64,000 nucleotides of DNA from Gemmatimonadaceae bacterium (GTDB taxonomy: Bacteria; Gemmatimonadota; Gemmatimonadetes; Gemmatimonadales; Gemmatimonadaceae): assembly GCA_045803545.1 (NCBI GenBank), contig JBJMOW010000005.1, positions 1,376,001-1,440,000 of the forward strand, read 5' to 3'. This document shows, piece by piece, positions 29,165 through 38,588 of this stretch. Within the stretch, counting starts at the first letter, position 1. Each line of letters opens with the position of its first letter. The position numbers and the translations under genes were made by a program. The notes under the pieces were generated by a model that did no database searches, was not told the DNA's origin, and was given only the letters and a program-made list of their open reading frames with translations.

Positions 29165-30404
29165 TGCGTACGCTCCGGCGCTGTGACGTCGTGTGATACG
29201 GGAGACGAACCTCCACGAGGGCGCCGCCGCCTGAATCAGCAGTCAGCGCGAGTCGCTGGCGCTCGCCGTAGAGTTGCGTGAGCCGAGCACGCGTATTGGT
29301 CAGACCTACGCCCTCACGCACGGGGTTCGCCGGGCCGCGGCCGTTGTCGCGCACGCTGAGCACGAGATCGCCATCGTCGCGCACCGCGCGCACCGTCACG
29401 CGTCCGATGGTCTGCATCTGCGCGAGCCCGTGCCGAAACGCGTTCTCGACGAGCGGCTGGAGCACGAGGTTCGGGACTAGCGCGTCGTCGAGCGACGGCT
29501 CGCTCTCAATGGACACATCGAGCTTGCCCTGAAAGCGCACTTCCATGATGTCCATATAGCGTCGCAACATCTCGAGCTCGCGAGCGAGAGTGATCTCCTG
29601 CTCGTCACCTTCACCGAGAGTGTGACGCAGCAGATCGCTGAGGCGTGCGATCATGCGCCGCGCGCCGGGCGGGTCTTCATCGACGAGCGTGGAGACGGCG
29701 TTCAGCGTATTGAACAGGAAGTGCGGATTGAGCTGCGCGCGCAGCACGTTCAACCGCGCGTCCGCAACCTGCGCATGCAGCTCCGCCGATTCCGCACGAA
29801 GCTCCGTCGCCTCGGCCTCGAGCCGCCGCGTTTCTTCCAGCCGCGCCTGATAGCGCACGTAGTAGTTGCGCGCGAGTCCCGCGCCGAGCACGACCACGTA
29901 GACTATGAAGTCGTAGAGAAACGAGAAGCGGGAGAAGAGACTGCGGGGGCCGGGCTGCGGGAAGCGGGACGCGGGAAGCGAGAGGCGGGACGGGGGAAGC
30001 GGTGCGCCCGGGGCCGTGGGCGTCGCCAGCACCTGGTGGCTGATCAGTTTGAGCAGCGCGTCCACGCCGATGGCGAGCACGAGTCCAATCAGCAGAAACG
30101 CGAGGATGCGATCGAGTGTGGGCCGGTCGCCACCAAACCGCCGAGTCATCCAGAAAATCGGCAGCGTCAGCACCGCCCATAGTCCGTACTCGACCAGCGC
30201 AATTTTGTCGATGCCCGATGTGACATCAGGACGCAGCGCGGCGCGCATCGCCGCAACGGCCGCGACACGCGGGTCGATCAGGAGGCCGGCGGCTGTGAGC
30301 ACGACGAGGAACGCCCAGAACGCGAGAATCGCGAAGATCTCGCCACGCGTTAGTCGCCCGATTGAACTGCCTGTGTCCCCTGCTTCGTGCTGGTTGTCAG
30401 CCAT
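29157..30404 (-). CDS. LytS/YehU-family sensor histidine kinase
   Basis: N-terminal TM helices, LRAQLNPHFLFNTLN, LQPLVENAFRHG, VRDNGRG, GVGLTNTRARL. Start at ATG 30404 (MADNQ). Confidence 0.92.
   Translation of the reverse strand: MADNQHEAGDTGSSIGRLTRGEIFAILAFWAFLVVLTAAGLLIDPRVAAVAAMRAALRPDVTSGIDKIALVEYGLWAVLTLPIFWMTRRFGGDRPTLDRILAFLLIGLVLAIGVDALLKLISHQVLATPTAPGAPLPPSRLSLPASRFPQPGPRSLFSRFSFLYDFIVYVVVLGAGLARNYYVRYQARLEETRRLEAEATELRAESAELHAQVADARLNVLRAQLNPHFLFNTLNAVSTLVDEDPPGARRMIARLSDLLRHTLGEGDEQEITLARELEMLRRYMDIMEVRFQGKLDVSIESEPSLDDALVPNLVLQPLVENAFRHGLAQMQTIGRVTVRAVRDDGDLVLSVRDNGRGPANPVREGVGLTNTRARLTQLYGERQRLALTADSGGGALVEVRLPYHTTSQRRSVRNA
29951..29999 (-). repeat. About seven degenerate CGGGAAG heptamers in a loop of the sensor kinase
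   Basis: cgggctg-cgggaag-cgggacg-cgggaag-cgagagg-cgggacg-ggggaag, encoding LPPSRLSLPASRFPQP. Confidence 0.8.
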
Positions 30405-30405
30405 T

Positions 30406-30435
30406 TCGTAACACCTATCCGCCACTCGTAACACC
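30406..30435. promoter_or_regulatory. Direct repeat TCGTAACACC x2 (20-nt period), candidate LytTR binding site
   Basis: Identical 10-mers at 30406-30415 and 30426-30435 in the 71-nt gap between the divergent kinase and adaptor genes. A TAGTAT -10-like hexamer lies at 30463-30468. Confidence 0.55.
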
Positions 30436-30475
30436 GCGCCGAGTGCCGCTCGCGCTCAGTCGTAGTATCACCGTG

Positions 30476-31720
30476 ATGCCGCGAATGAAACTACCGCTTC
30501 CCGCCTCCCGCTTCCCACTTCCCGCAGCCATCGCGATCATCCTCGCCGGCAGCGGCTGGTTTTACAAACGGGCTGACAGAAGCGAACCGCCAATTTATCG
30601 CACTGCCGTGATCGAGCGCGGCAGCGTGAAGCCGACCGTCTCCTCCACCGGTACCCTCAGCGCCGTGAAGACGATCCAGGTCGGCACCCAGGTCTCCGGA
30701 CAGGTCTCGGCGATTTACGCCGACTTCAACCAGCACGTAAGAAGGGGACAACTGCTCGCCACTATAGATCCTGCGCTGCAGAACCAGGCAGTGGCGGAAG
30801 CGCAGGCGCAGGTCGAGCGCGCGCAGGCGACGATGGACCAGGCGCAGGGTGACTATGCGCGCAGCAAGCAGCTCTTCGAATGGAAGGCCATTACCGCCAG
30901 CGAGTTCAGCGCGGTGCAATCCAACTACTCGGTGCACAAGGCCGACGTCAAATCGGCGCAAGTCGCCCTCGAGCGCGCGCGACAGAATCTCGCGTACACA
31001 AAGATCTACGCGCCAATCGACGGCGTAATCGTCGAGCGCAATGTCGACGTCGGCCAGACAGTCGCCGCGAACTTCTCGACGCCGCAGCTCTTTCTCATCG
31101 CCAACGATCTCTCCGACATGCAGATCCTCGCTCTGGTTGACGAGAGCGACATCGGCGCGATCAGGAACGGTCTGCCGGTGGAGTTCACAGTGCAAGCGTA
31201 TCCCAACGAGACGTTCACTGGGATGGTACAGCAGGTGCGGCTGCAATCCAGGACTCAGGACAACGTCGTCAACTACACCGCAGTGGTCGGCGTGAAGAAC
31301 ATCACGGGCAAGCTGCTCCCCGGCATGACGGCAACGGTGCAGTTCCTCACCGGCGACGCGGAGAACGTGCTGATCGTGCCCAACTCGGCGCTACGCGTGA
31401 GACTGGGCGGGAAGCGGGAAGCGGGAAGCGGGAAGCGGGAAGCGCAGACAACTTTGGCGCAGGCGCAGGGAGCTATCGACGTCCCCGCCGACGGCAATTC
31501 GGCGATTCTCTGGACGCTCGACAAGAACGGAATGCCAAAGCCTCTGCGCGTGCACACCGGGCTGAGCGACGAAACTCACACGGAGGTCGCGGGACAAAAC
31601 CTTACCGCAGGAACGAGAATCGTGATCGGAGTGATGGACGCCGGCGCGACCTCGGGCGATGCGCCGTCGAAGAACCCGTTCCAGGAGCCGCGACCAAGCG
31701 GCGGGGACAAAGGCGGCTGA
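30476..31720 (+). CDS. Efflux periplasmic adaptor (MacA-like membrane fusion protein)
   Basis: TGTLSAVKTIQVGTQVSGQV, IYAPIDGVIVERNVDVGQTVAA, VDESDIG, LLPGMTA, LIVPNSAL. Start at ATG 30476 or 30485. Confidence 0.9.
   Translation: MPRMKLPLPASRFPLPAAIAIILAGSGWFYKRADRSEPPIYRTAVIERGSVKPTVSSTGTLSAVKTIQVGTQVSGQVSAIYADFNQHVRRGQLLATIDPALQNQAVAEAQAQVERAQATMDQAQGDYARSKQLFEWKAITASEFSAVQSNYSVHKADVKSAQVALERARQNLAYTKIYAPIDGVIVERNVDVGQTVAANFSTPQLFLIANDLSDMQILALVDESDIGAIRNGLPVEFTVQAYPNETFTGMVQQVRLQSRTQDNVVNYTAVVGVKNITGKLLPGMTATVQFLTGDAENVLIVPNSALRVRLGGKREAGSGKREAQTTLAQAQGAIDVPADGNSAILWTLDKNGMPKPLRVHTGLSDETHTEVAGQNLTAGTRIVIGVMDAGATSGDAPSKNPFQEPRPSGGDKGG
30497..30524 (+). repeat. Four CTTCCCG-type heptamers at the adaptor 5' end
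   Basis: cttcccg-cctcccg-cttccca-cttcccg, encoding LPASRFPLPA. Confidence 0.8.
31408..31442 (+). repeat. Five perfect CGGGAAG heptamers inside the adaptor CDS
   Basis: (cgggaag)5, encoding GKREAGSGKREA; reverse complement of the 30497-30524 tract. Confidence 0.9.
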
Positions 31721-32937
31721 TGAAACGATCGACGTTGCTCAAGGTGGCGACGGAGAGCATCGGCAGGAACAAGATGCGCTCGCTGCTGACGATGCTCGGC
31801 ATCGTGATCGGCGTCGCAGCAGTGATCGTGATGGTCGCCATCGGCAATGGCGCGAGCCTGCAGATCGAATCGTCGATCAAGAAGATGGGCACCAATGTCA
31901 TTATGATCATGCCGACGTCGACGACCCACGCCGGCGCGAGCCTCGGCGCGGCCACCTACAACAAGCTCACCGTCGCCGACGCGATGAAGATCAAGCGGGA
32001 GGCAACACTGGTGTCGGCGATATCGCCGGTGGTCGTGACGGAGTCGCAGGTGATCGGTGGTCAGGGCAACAGGAAGACGCGGATCAACGGCGTGTCGACG
32101 GATTTCTTCAAGATTCGCGACTGGAACACCAGCTCGGGCGAGATCTTCACCGACGCTGACGTGCGCTCGGGCCGCAAAGTCGCGCTACTCGGCGCGACCG
32201 TGGCGAGGAAGCTGTTCTCCGACAGCGATCCGATTGGCGCGCATATTCAGGTCGGCCGAGTGCCGTTCACAGTCGTTGGCATCTTGCAGTCGAAGGGCGG
32301 GAGCGGCGGCGGTGGTGACGAGGACGACGTCGTCGTGATGCCGTACACCACCGCGCAGACGCGGCTCAAGGGCGACGTGGACATCGGGCACATGTTCGCC
32401 AGCGCGTTCTCCGCGAGCCAGATGCCCGCGGCGCAGGAGGAGATCGCCGGCATCCTCCGAGAAGCTCATAAACTTGAGCCGCAGGCAGAAGACGATTTCT
32501 TTTTGCGCAATCAGATCGAAATCACACGGGCGATGAACAGCACCACGCGTACGATGTCGGCGCTGCTGGCAGCGATCGCGTCGATCTCACTCCTCGTCGG
32601 CGGCATCGGTATCATGAATATCATGCTGGTGTCGGTGACGGAGCGAACGCACGAAATCGGAATCCGGATGGCGATCGGCGCGCGCGGCGCGGACATCCTC
32701 AGCCAGTTCCTGGCGGAGAGCATCGCGCTGAGCGTGCTGGGCGGAGTGGTTGGACTCGTCGCCGGCTATGTGGGCGCGGCGCTGCTCCGGCGCATGACCG
32801 GATGGCCGGTAGCGACACCGCTCTCAGCGGTGCTCATCGCGCTCGGCTTCTCGGCGGCGGTGGGGGTCTTCTTCGGGCTCTATCCCGCGAGAAAGGCGGC
32901 GGCGCTGCATCCGATTGACGCACTCAGATATGAGTGA
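31720..32937 (+). CDS. ABC transporter permease, MacB/FtsX-like (no fused ATPase)
   Basis: RSLLTMLGIVIGVAAVI, VGGIGIMNIMLVSVTERTHEIGIRMAIGA, YPARKAAALHPIDALRYE. TGATG overlap with the adaptor gene. Confidence 0.92.
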   Translation: MKRSTLLKVATESIGRNKMRSLLTMLGIVIGVAAVIVMVAIGNGASLQIESSIKKMGTNVIMIMPTSTTHAGASLGAATYNKLTVADAMKIKREATLVSAISPVVVTESQVIGGQGNRKTRINGVSTDFFKIRDWNTSSGEIFTDADVRSGRKVALLGATVARKLFSDSDPIGAHIQVGRVPFTVVGILQSKGGSGGGGDEDDVVVMPYTTAQTRLKGDVDIGHMFASAFSASQMPAAQEEIAGILREAHKLEPQAEDDFFLRNQIEITRAMNSTTRTMSALLAAIASISLLVGGIGIMNIMLVSVTERTHEIGIRMAIGARGADILSQFLAESIALSVLGGVVGLVAGYVGAALLRRMTGWPVATPLSAVLIALGFSAAVGVFFGLYPARKAAALHPIDALRYE

Positions 32938-33038
32938 GGCGGCAACTCATTCGCGAGTGAGTCTTGTCGCGACGCTATCCGGTCTACATCCTGTAAATCG
33001 AGTTGCGAATTGGGGCTCGACGCGTGATCGTTTCGCGG

Positions 33039-34997
33039 ATGAAATCGAGGTATTGGGTGTGCGCCCTTGTCGGCATCGGCTGTCGTACTGTCGGTGCTCC
33101 GCCGACGGCCATCGACTGGCCCGTGTATGGCGGAGACCCGGAGGGTAGCCGCTACTCCGCGGCGACCGACATCGCTCGCGCCAACGTCGCGCGCCTCAAA
33201 GTCGCGTGGACCTATAGTACGGGCCCGACATCGATCGAAGCAACGACGCGTCCAAAGGAAGGCAAACCGCCCAACTTCGAGACGACGCCGATCGTCATCG
33301 ATGGCACACTCTACTTCAGCACCCCACTCGGCCGGGTCATAGCGCTCGACGCCACGACCGGAGCGGAGCTGTGGACCTACGACGGAAAAGTCGACATCAG
33401 CGGCAACTACGGCGACAACGCCAATCGCGGGGTGGCGACCTGGCTCGACAAAAGTGCGCCGGCCAACGCTGTCTGCCGCCGCAGAATTCTGCTCGCTACA
33501 ATCGACGCGCGACTGATCGCGCTCGACGCTGCGTCCGGCAAACCGTGCAGGGATTTTGGCGACAACGGCGTCGTCGAGCTTTCGACAAATCTGCGCAACG
33601 GCGTGCAGTACAAGGGCGAGTATGAAGAGACATCGCCGCCGACGGTAGTGAACGACATCATCGTCGTCGGCTCCGCTATCGCCGACAACAATAGGATCGA
33701 TGGGCCGAGTGGGGTAGTGAGGGGGTTCGATTCGCGGACGGGAAGGCTACGATGGAGCTGGGATCCGGTGCCGCAGGATTCCACGGATCCAGGGTGGAGG
33801 ACGTGGATCGGGCCGAAGGCACATCGCACCGGCGCGGCGAACGCGTGGTCGATCATGGCAGCTGATCCCGAGCGGGATCTTGTTTTCGTTCCGACGGGAA
33901 GTCCCAGTGTCGATTACTTCGGCGGGGAAAGGCTGGGGGACAATCTCTACGCCAATTCGGTGGTCGCGCTTCGCGCTTCGACTGGCGAGCGTGTCTGGCA
34001 TTTTCAATTAGTGCATCACGATTTGTGGGATTACGATGTCGCCGCATCGCCATTACTCGCGACATTGCCTGTCCACGGTCGCGATGTTCCGGTAGTGATG
34101 CAGACAGGCAAGAGCGGCCAGCTGTTCGTGCTGGACAGAGTGTCCGGAGTGCCGGTGCTCCCGGTCGAGGAGCGGCCGGCACCAAAGAGCGACGTGCCCG
34201 GTGAAATCGCAGCCACGACGCAACCATATAGTAGTGCGCTGCCCAATCTCACTCCGAACACTCTTTCGTCTCGCGATGCGTTTGGCATCAACTCCGCCGA
34301 GCGTGAAGAGTGTCGTGCGCGCATGCAAAAGTTCCGGAATGGCGCGCCATTTACGCCGCCGAGCGTTGAGGGGACGGTTTATCGGCCGTCGAACGTCGGC
34401 GGCGCGCAATGGGGAGGAATGGCGTACGATCCGGTACGTCACATCGCCGTGGTACCGATGAATCACTCGGCTGTAGTCGTGCAACTGCTGCCGAGGACGT
34501 CAGTCGATTCGACAAAGCTGGAGGAAGGCTGGGAGTATGCTACGATGGACGGCACACCGTGGATCATGCGGCGCCAAAGCCTGACTGGTAAGTCGGGGGT
34601 CGCGTGCACGCCTCCTCCGTTGTCGGCACTCGTCGCAGTCGACCTCGTGACTCGTCGAAAGATTTGGGAGACTCCGCTCGGCGACATGCAGCGAACGCTG
34701 ACGATTGTCGGCGATAGCACGAAAGTCGACGCGAGGCTTGGCACGACCACTTACGGCGGCCCGATCATCACTGCGACAGGATTGGTGTTCATCTCCGGGA
34801 CGTCGGACCAGCGGATTCACGCATTCGACATCGAAAGCGGTCGCGAGATCTGGTACGCGGACTTACCCGGCCGCGGCAAGGCGACGCCGATGACGTACCG
34901 CGCCGGAAAGAATCAGAAGCAGTACGTCGTGATCGCAGTCGGTGGAGGCTCGCTCGGCGGCCGCGGAGCGACGATCGTCGCTTTCTCGATCCAGTAG
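33039..34997 (+). CDS. PQQ-dependent dehydrogenase (glucose/quinate/shikimate family), probably a lipoprotein
   Basis: DWPVYGGD, FETTPIV, NRGVA, TSPP, WHFQLVHHDLWDYD, GKATPMTY...KQYVVIAVGG, lipobox LVGIGC. Confidence 0.9.
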   Translation: MKSRYWVCALVGIGCRTVGAPPTAIDWPVYGGDPEGSRYSAATDIARANVARLKVAWTYSTGPTSIEATTRPKEGKPPNFETTPIVIDGTLYFSTPLGRVIALDATTGAELWTYDGKVDISGNYGDNANRGVATWLDKSAPANAVCRRRILLATIDARLIALDAASGKPCRDFGDNGVVELSTNLRNGVQYKGEYEETSPPTVVNDIIVVGSAIADNNRIDGPSGVVRGFDSRTGRLRWSWDPVPQDSTDPGWRTWIGPKAHRTGAANAWSIMAADPERDLVFVPTGSPSVDYFGGERLGDNLYANSVVALRASTGERVWHFQLVHHDLWDYDVAASPLLATLPVHGRDVPVVMQTGKSGQLFVLDRVSGVPVLPVEERPAPKSDVPGEIAATTQPYSSALPNLTPNTLSSRDAFGINSAEREECRARMQKFRNGAPFTPPSVEGTVYRPSNVGGAQWGGMAYDPVRHIAVVPMNHSAVVVQLLPRTSVDSTKLEEGWEYATMDGTPWIMRRQSLTGKSGVACTPPPLSALVAVDLVTRRKIWETPLGDMQRTLTIVGDSTKVDARLGTTTYGGPIITATGLVFISGTSDQRIHAFDIESGREIWYADLPGRGKATPMTYRAGKNQKQYVVIAVGGGSLGGRGATIVAFSIQ

Positions 34998-35108
34998 AAT
35001 ACGCGCGCTGAGGTACGAACAAGACTGCGCCCGAAGGACCAGAACGGATTCATACTCTGGACGGCCTCGAACATTTGTGGTTGATTCGGGAAGAGCACCA
35101 ATTACTGG

Positions 35109-37706
35109 ATGACTCCTCCAACATCTTTCGAGAAGCCTCCCCACGGCGCGACGCCCCGGTCCACGCTCGCCGGACGGTATGAGCTTATCCGCGAGCTGGG
35201 CAGAGGCGGCATGGCGACGGTATACCTCGCTGACGACCGCAAGCATTCGCGACATGTCGCCGCCAAGATTCTGCGGCCGGGTTATTCGGCGGCGATCGGC
35301 GCGGATCGGTTCGAGCGCGAGATAAAACTGGTCGCTCGGCTTCAACATCCACACATCCTGCCCCTTTACGACTCCGGCGAAGTCGGTGACGAGCTGTTCT
35401 TCGTGATGCCCTACGTCGAGGGTGAATCTCTCCGCGACCGACTGGAGAGGGAGAAATCACTTTCGCTCGCCGAGGCGGCCGTGATAATTCGTCATGTCGG
35501 CGATGCGTTGGACTATGCGCACGCACGCGGCGTCGTACATCGTGACATCAAGCCCGGCAACATTCTCATCTCCACCGGGCAGGCGCTGCTTGCCGATTTC
35601 GGTATTGCGCGCGGTGCGAGCGACGACTCCGCCACGTTGACCGCCGCCGGCACCACCCTCGGGACCCCGGTTTACATGAGTCCCGAACAGGCGAGTGGCG
35701 AACGCGACATCGACGGCCGGAGTGATCTCTACTCGCTCGGGTGTGTTTGCTACGAGATGCTGTCCGGCGGTCCACCATTTCATGGCGAGTCGACGATGGC
35801 GCTATTCAGTCAGCACATCGTAAAGACTCCGCCGCGGGTAAGCAGCCTGCGCGAGACGCTGGCCGAGGAAGTCGTCAGTGCGGTCGCGCGAATGCTCTCG
35901 AAGGATCCCGCAGAGCGATACCAGAGTGCCGGCCAATTCGCGACGGTGCTGGAGGATGCGGCGATGCGCGCGAGAGCTCCCTCTCAGAGCGATGAACGCC
36001 TCAAGGCACTTCAGCGTGACCGGGAGAAAAGCAAAGCGGTGTTCGTGCTCGATTTCACCAATATCTCTGGCGCTGTAGATATCGAATGGCTTTCTACGGG
36101 CATCGCCGAGACAGTTAGCGTGGACCTGAAGAAGGTGTCCGGCATTCGAGTTATCGGTAGCGACCCCGCGACCCGGCAACGAGTGGCGGCGATCCGGCGC
36201 GAACGGCAGCTCGATGCGGAGACGGCCCGCGAGCTCGGCCAGTCGCTGGGCGCGCGGTGGGTTGTCTGGGGCGCATTCCAGAAAGCGGGAACGCGCATTC
36301 GCCTCACACCGCACTTCGGCGACACCGAAACGGGCGAGATCGTCAGCGCGGAGAAAATCGACGGGGGAATGGAAGACATCTTCGCACTGCAGGATCGGAT
36401 CGTCATGGGACTGGCCGATGTGCTGCGCATCAAATTGACGAGCGAAGAGGTCGACGAGATTGCCCGCTCCGAGACCAGCCAGCTCACGGCGTACGAGCTG
36501 TACGCGAAGGGACAGCAGGCGTTCAACATTTTCGGGAAGGAGAGCGCGAAAATGGCGGCGGAGTTTTTCCGCAAAGCCGTCGAGCTCGATCCGAATTACG
36601 CGCGGGCGTGGGCAGGGCTCGGCAGCTTGCTCATGCCCAAGTACATCGCGTCCGGTCTCGCGTCTGATCTCGACGAGGGCGTGACCGCGCTGCAGCGCGC
36701 GATGCAGCTCGATCCGTCGATGGGCGAGCCGTACGTCTACCTGTCATACATGTATGGGAGGCAGCATCGGCACAATGATGCAATTGCCTCGGCGCGGATG
36801 GCGGTCGAGCGCGAGCCGAGCGCGACGATGGCGTGGTATCTACTTGGCATCACCCTTGGCATGCGCGGCGTCGAAGACGGGGTTTTGCCGGATATGGGAC
36901 GCGCCATCCCTCCTCTGCTTCGCGCGGCCAGTATCGATGCGGATTTCCATCCGACTTTCATGGTCGCGGGCGCTCTATATCTGCTGCGCGGCCAGTATGC
37001 GCACGCGATCCAGGTTGTCGAAAAAGCGGTGGCGGTGGAGAAGCGTAACACCCGCCTCATCTTTCTCGGCTCGTTCGTGCAGCGCGCGGCACTACACACC
37101 TATTCCAACGAGCTCGACTCAGCGATTCCGTTGCTGGATCTGGCGCTGAGTACTTATCCTCGGATGGACCACGTGTATGCTGTGACGATGACGGCTTACG
37201 CGCATTTCATCCGCGGCGTGCTCGAGGAGCATCGCGGCGACGACGCCACGGCCGCGGCCCATTTCCGTAAGAGCTGCGATGCCGCCGAGTCGAACGATCA
37301 CCGTTTGGCAGTGGGCGCGCACTGGGTGAAATCGAAGCTCGGTCTCGCGCGTATCGCCTGGCGAAGCGGGGACAAGGCAGGCTCCGATCTCGCTTTGATC
37401 GAGGCGCTCACCATGCATCATAAACGACCGCGATTCGTGTGGGGTTGGATCATGGGCGCCGCTGACGCTGAGACGTATTTCGAAGTTGCGGCCGCTCACG
37501 CCGTTCGGGACGAGACTGCGGAGTGTATCGCCGCACTGCGCAAGGCGGCCGATTTGGGCTGGGCCGATATGAATCAACTCAATCATGACCCAGCGTTTGT
37601 AACTCTGCGCGAACGGGCGGAGATTCGTCAGCTAGGGCTGGAAGCTGGATCGAGGGTGATACTCCCTGCGCCGGTCGGAAACGGCGGACTCCCGGATCTC
37701 GCGTAG
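35109..37706 (+). CDS. Hanks-type Ser/Thr protein kinase with TolB-N-like and TPR domains
   Basis: LGRGGMATVY, VAAK, HRDIKPGN, DFGIAR, GTPVYMSPEQ, DLYSLG; DFTNISG...WLSTGIAE; C-terminal TPRs. Confidence 0.93.
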   Translation: MTPPTSFEKPPHGATPRSTLAGRYELIRELGRGGMATVYLADDRKHSRHVAAKILRPGYSAAIGADRFEREIKLVARLQHPHILPLYDSGEVGDELFFVMPYVEGESLRDRLEREKSLSLAEAAVIIRHVGDALDYAHARGVVHRDIKPGNILISTGQALLADFGIARGASDDSATLTAAGTTLGTPVYMSPEQASGERDIDGRSDLYSLGCVCYEMLSGGPPFHGESTMALFSQHIVKTPPRVSSLRETLAEEVVSAVARMLSKDPAERYQSAGQFATVLEDAAMRARAPSQSDERLKALQRDREKSKAVFVLDFTNISGAVDIEWLSTGIAETVSVDLKKVSGIRVIGSDPATRQRVAAIRRERQLDAETARELGQSLGARWVVWGAFQKAGTRIRLTPHFGDTETGEIVSAEKIDGGMEDIFALQDRIVMGLADVLRIKLTSEEVDEIARSETSQLTAYELYAKGQQAFNIFGKESAKMAAEFFRKAVELDPNYARAWAGLGSLLMPKYIASGLASDLDEGVTALQRAMQLDPSMGEPYVYLSYMYGRQHRHNDAIASARMAVEREPSATMAWYLLGITLGMRGVEDGVLPDMGRAIPPLLRAASIDADFHPTFMVAGALYLLRGQYAHAIQVVEKAVAVEKRNTRLIFLGSFVQRAALHTYSNELDSAIPLLDLALSTYPRMDHVYAVTMTAYAHFIRGVLEEHRGDDATAAAHFRKSCDAAESNDHRLAVGAHWVKSKLGLARIAWRSGDKAGSDLALIEALTMHHKRPRFVWGWIMGAADAETYFEVAAAHAVRDETAECIAALRKAADLGWADMNQLNHDPAFVTLRERAEIRQLGLEAGSRVILPAPVGNGGLPDLA

Positions 37707-37717
37707 CAATAACGATG

Positions 37718-38260
37718 TTATGGAGCAGCGCGTGATCGCTTCATCTCCATCGTCCACCAAACTTTGGAAGTGCCGCCAGTGATCTCTTCGACGCGGACGA
37801 TGTAAGCGTCAGCTCCTGATCGCCGCCACGTCGTTCGCATCTGTCGCGCATCCGCCGTCTGCAAATTGTCGTGAAAGAGCAGCACACTATCACTCGGCGC
37901 GACGGTGCCGTGACTGTAGAAGCCTGGTAGAGCGATGTACCAGAAGACGATCTGTTTAGTCGCCGCATCCCACGCGTAGGTCGATTCGCCCTCGTAGGGT
38001 ATGGAGTCGCCCACTACTATATGATGGTCGCGCAGGAACCGACCGTTGTATATCCACTTGAAGCAGTGCTCGTCTGTGACGGTCCGTCCCGTGAAAGTTC
38101 CCTTCCAGCAACTGCCCGCGAGAAAAGCCAGCGGTCGCAGTTGGACGACGCCTCCCGCCTCTCCCCTCCCGCCTCCCGCAATTCCTGTCTGGGCAACGGA
38201 TGTTCGTGCAACAATCACCATCGCGATCAGCACGATCGCGCGCATATATGAGCGTCTCAT
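37718..38260 (-). CDS. Hypothetical secreted protein
   Basis: Signal peptide (SVA|Q), LRPLAFLAGSCWKG, beta-rich body. Confidence 0.7.
   Translation of the reverse strand: MRRSYMRAIVLIAMVIVARTSVAQTGIAGGGRGEAGGVVQLRPLAFLAGSCWKGTFTGRTVTDEHCFKWIYNGRFLRDHHIVVGDSIPYEGESTYAWDAATKQIVFWYIALPGFYSHGTVAPSDSVLLFHDNLQTADARQMRTTWRRSGADAYIVRVEEITGGTSKVWWTMEMKRSRAAP
38151..38178 (+). repeat. Four CCTCCCG-type heptamers
   Basis: cctcccg-cctctcc-cctcccg-cctcccg; encodes AGGGRGEAGG just after the signal peptide on the minus strand. Confidence 0.7.
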
Positions 38261-38534
38261 GTTTCCCGTCTGAGGTTGGAGCGGAATTATCGCTCACCAA
38301 GCCGCGCGCGTCTTGATGAATTGTTACCACCATTGCACGATCAAAAGCCTACAACGCTGCGCCGCAAAACTGCTTATTGACCAAAGGGAAAACCCTACAT
38401 CCGTAGGCGACAGCACAGCTTGGACGAGCTCGGAGGAGGCAGATGCCTCTGAAATTGTTGGACAAGGAGCTTAGGCAAACGTCGCGCGAAGTCACGATCC
38501 GCCGCCGTAGACTCCGAAAACTTTGGCATTCGCT

Positions 38535-38558
38535 CGCAAACTGATTCAAGCGGTCCGT
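38535..38558 (+). promoter_or_regulatory. ECF-type promoter motif copy 1
   Basis: CGCAAA-ctgattcaagcg-GTCCGT, 30 nt upstream of ATG 38589. Confidence 0.7.
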
Positions 38559-38588
38559 TCCTCTAGGAGGCAATAAACCGGAGGTTCA

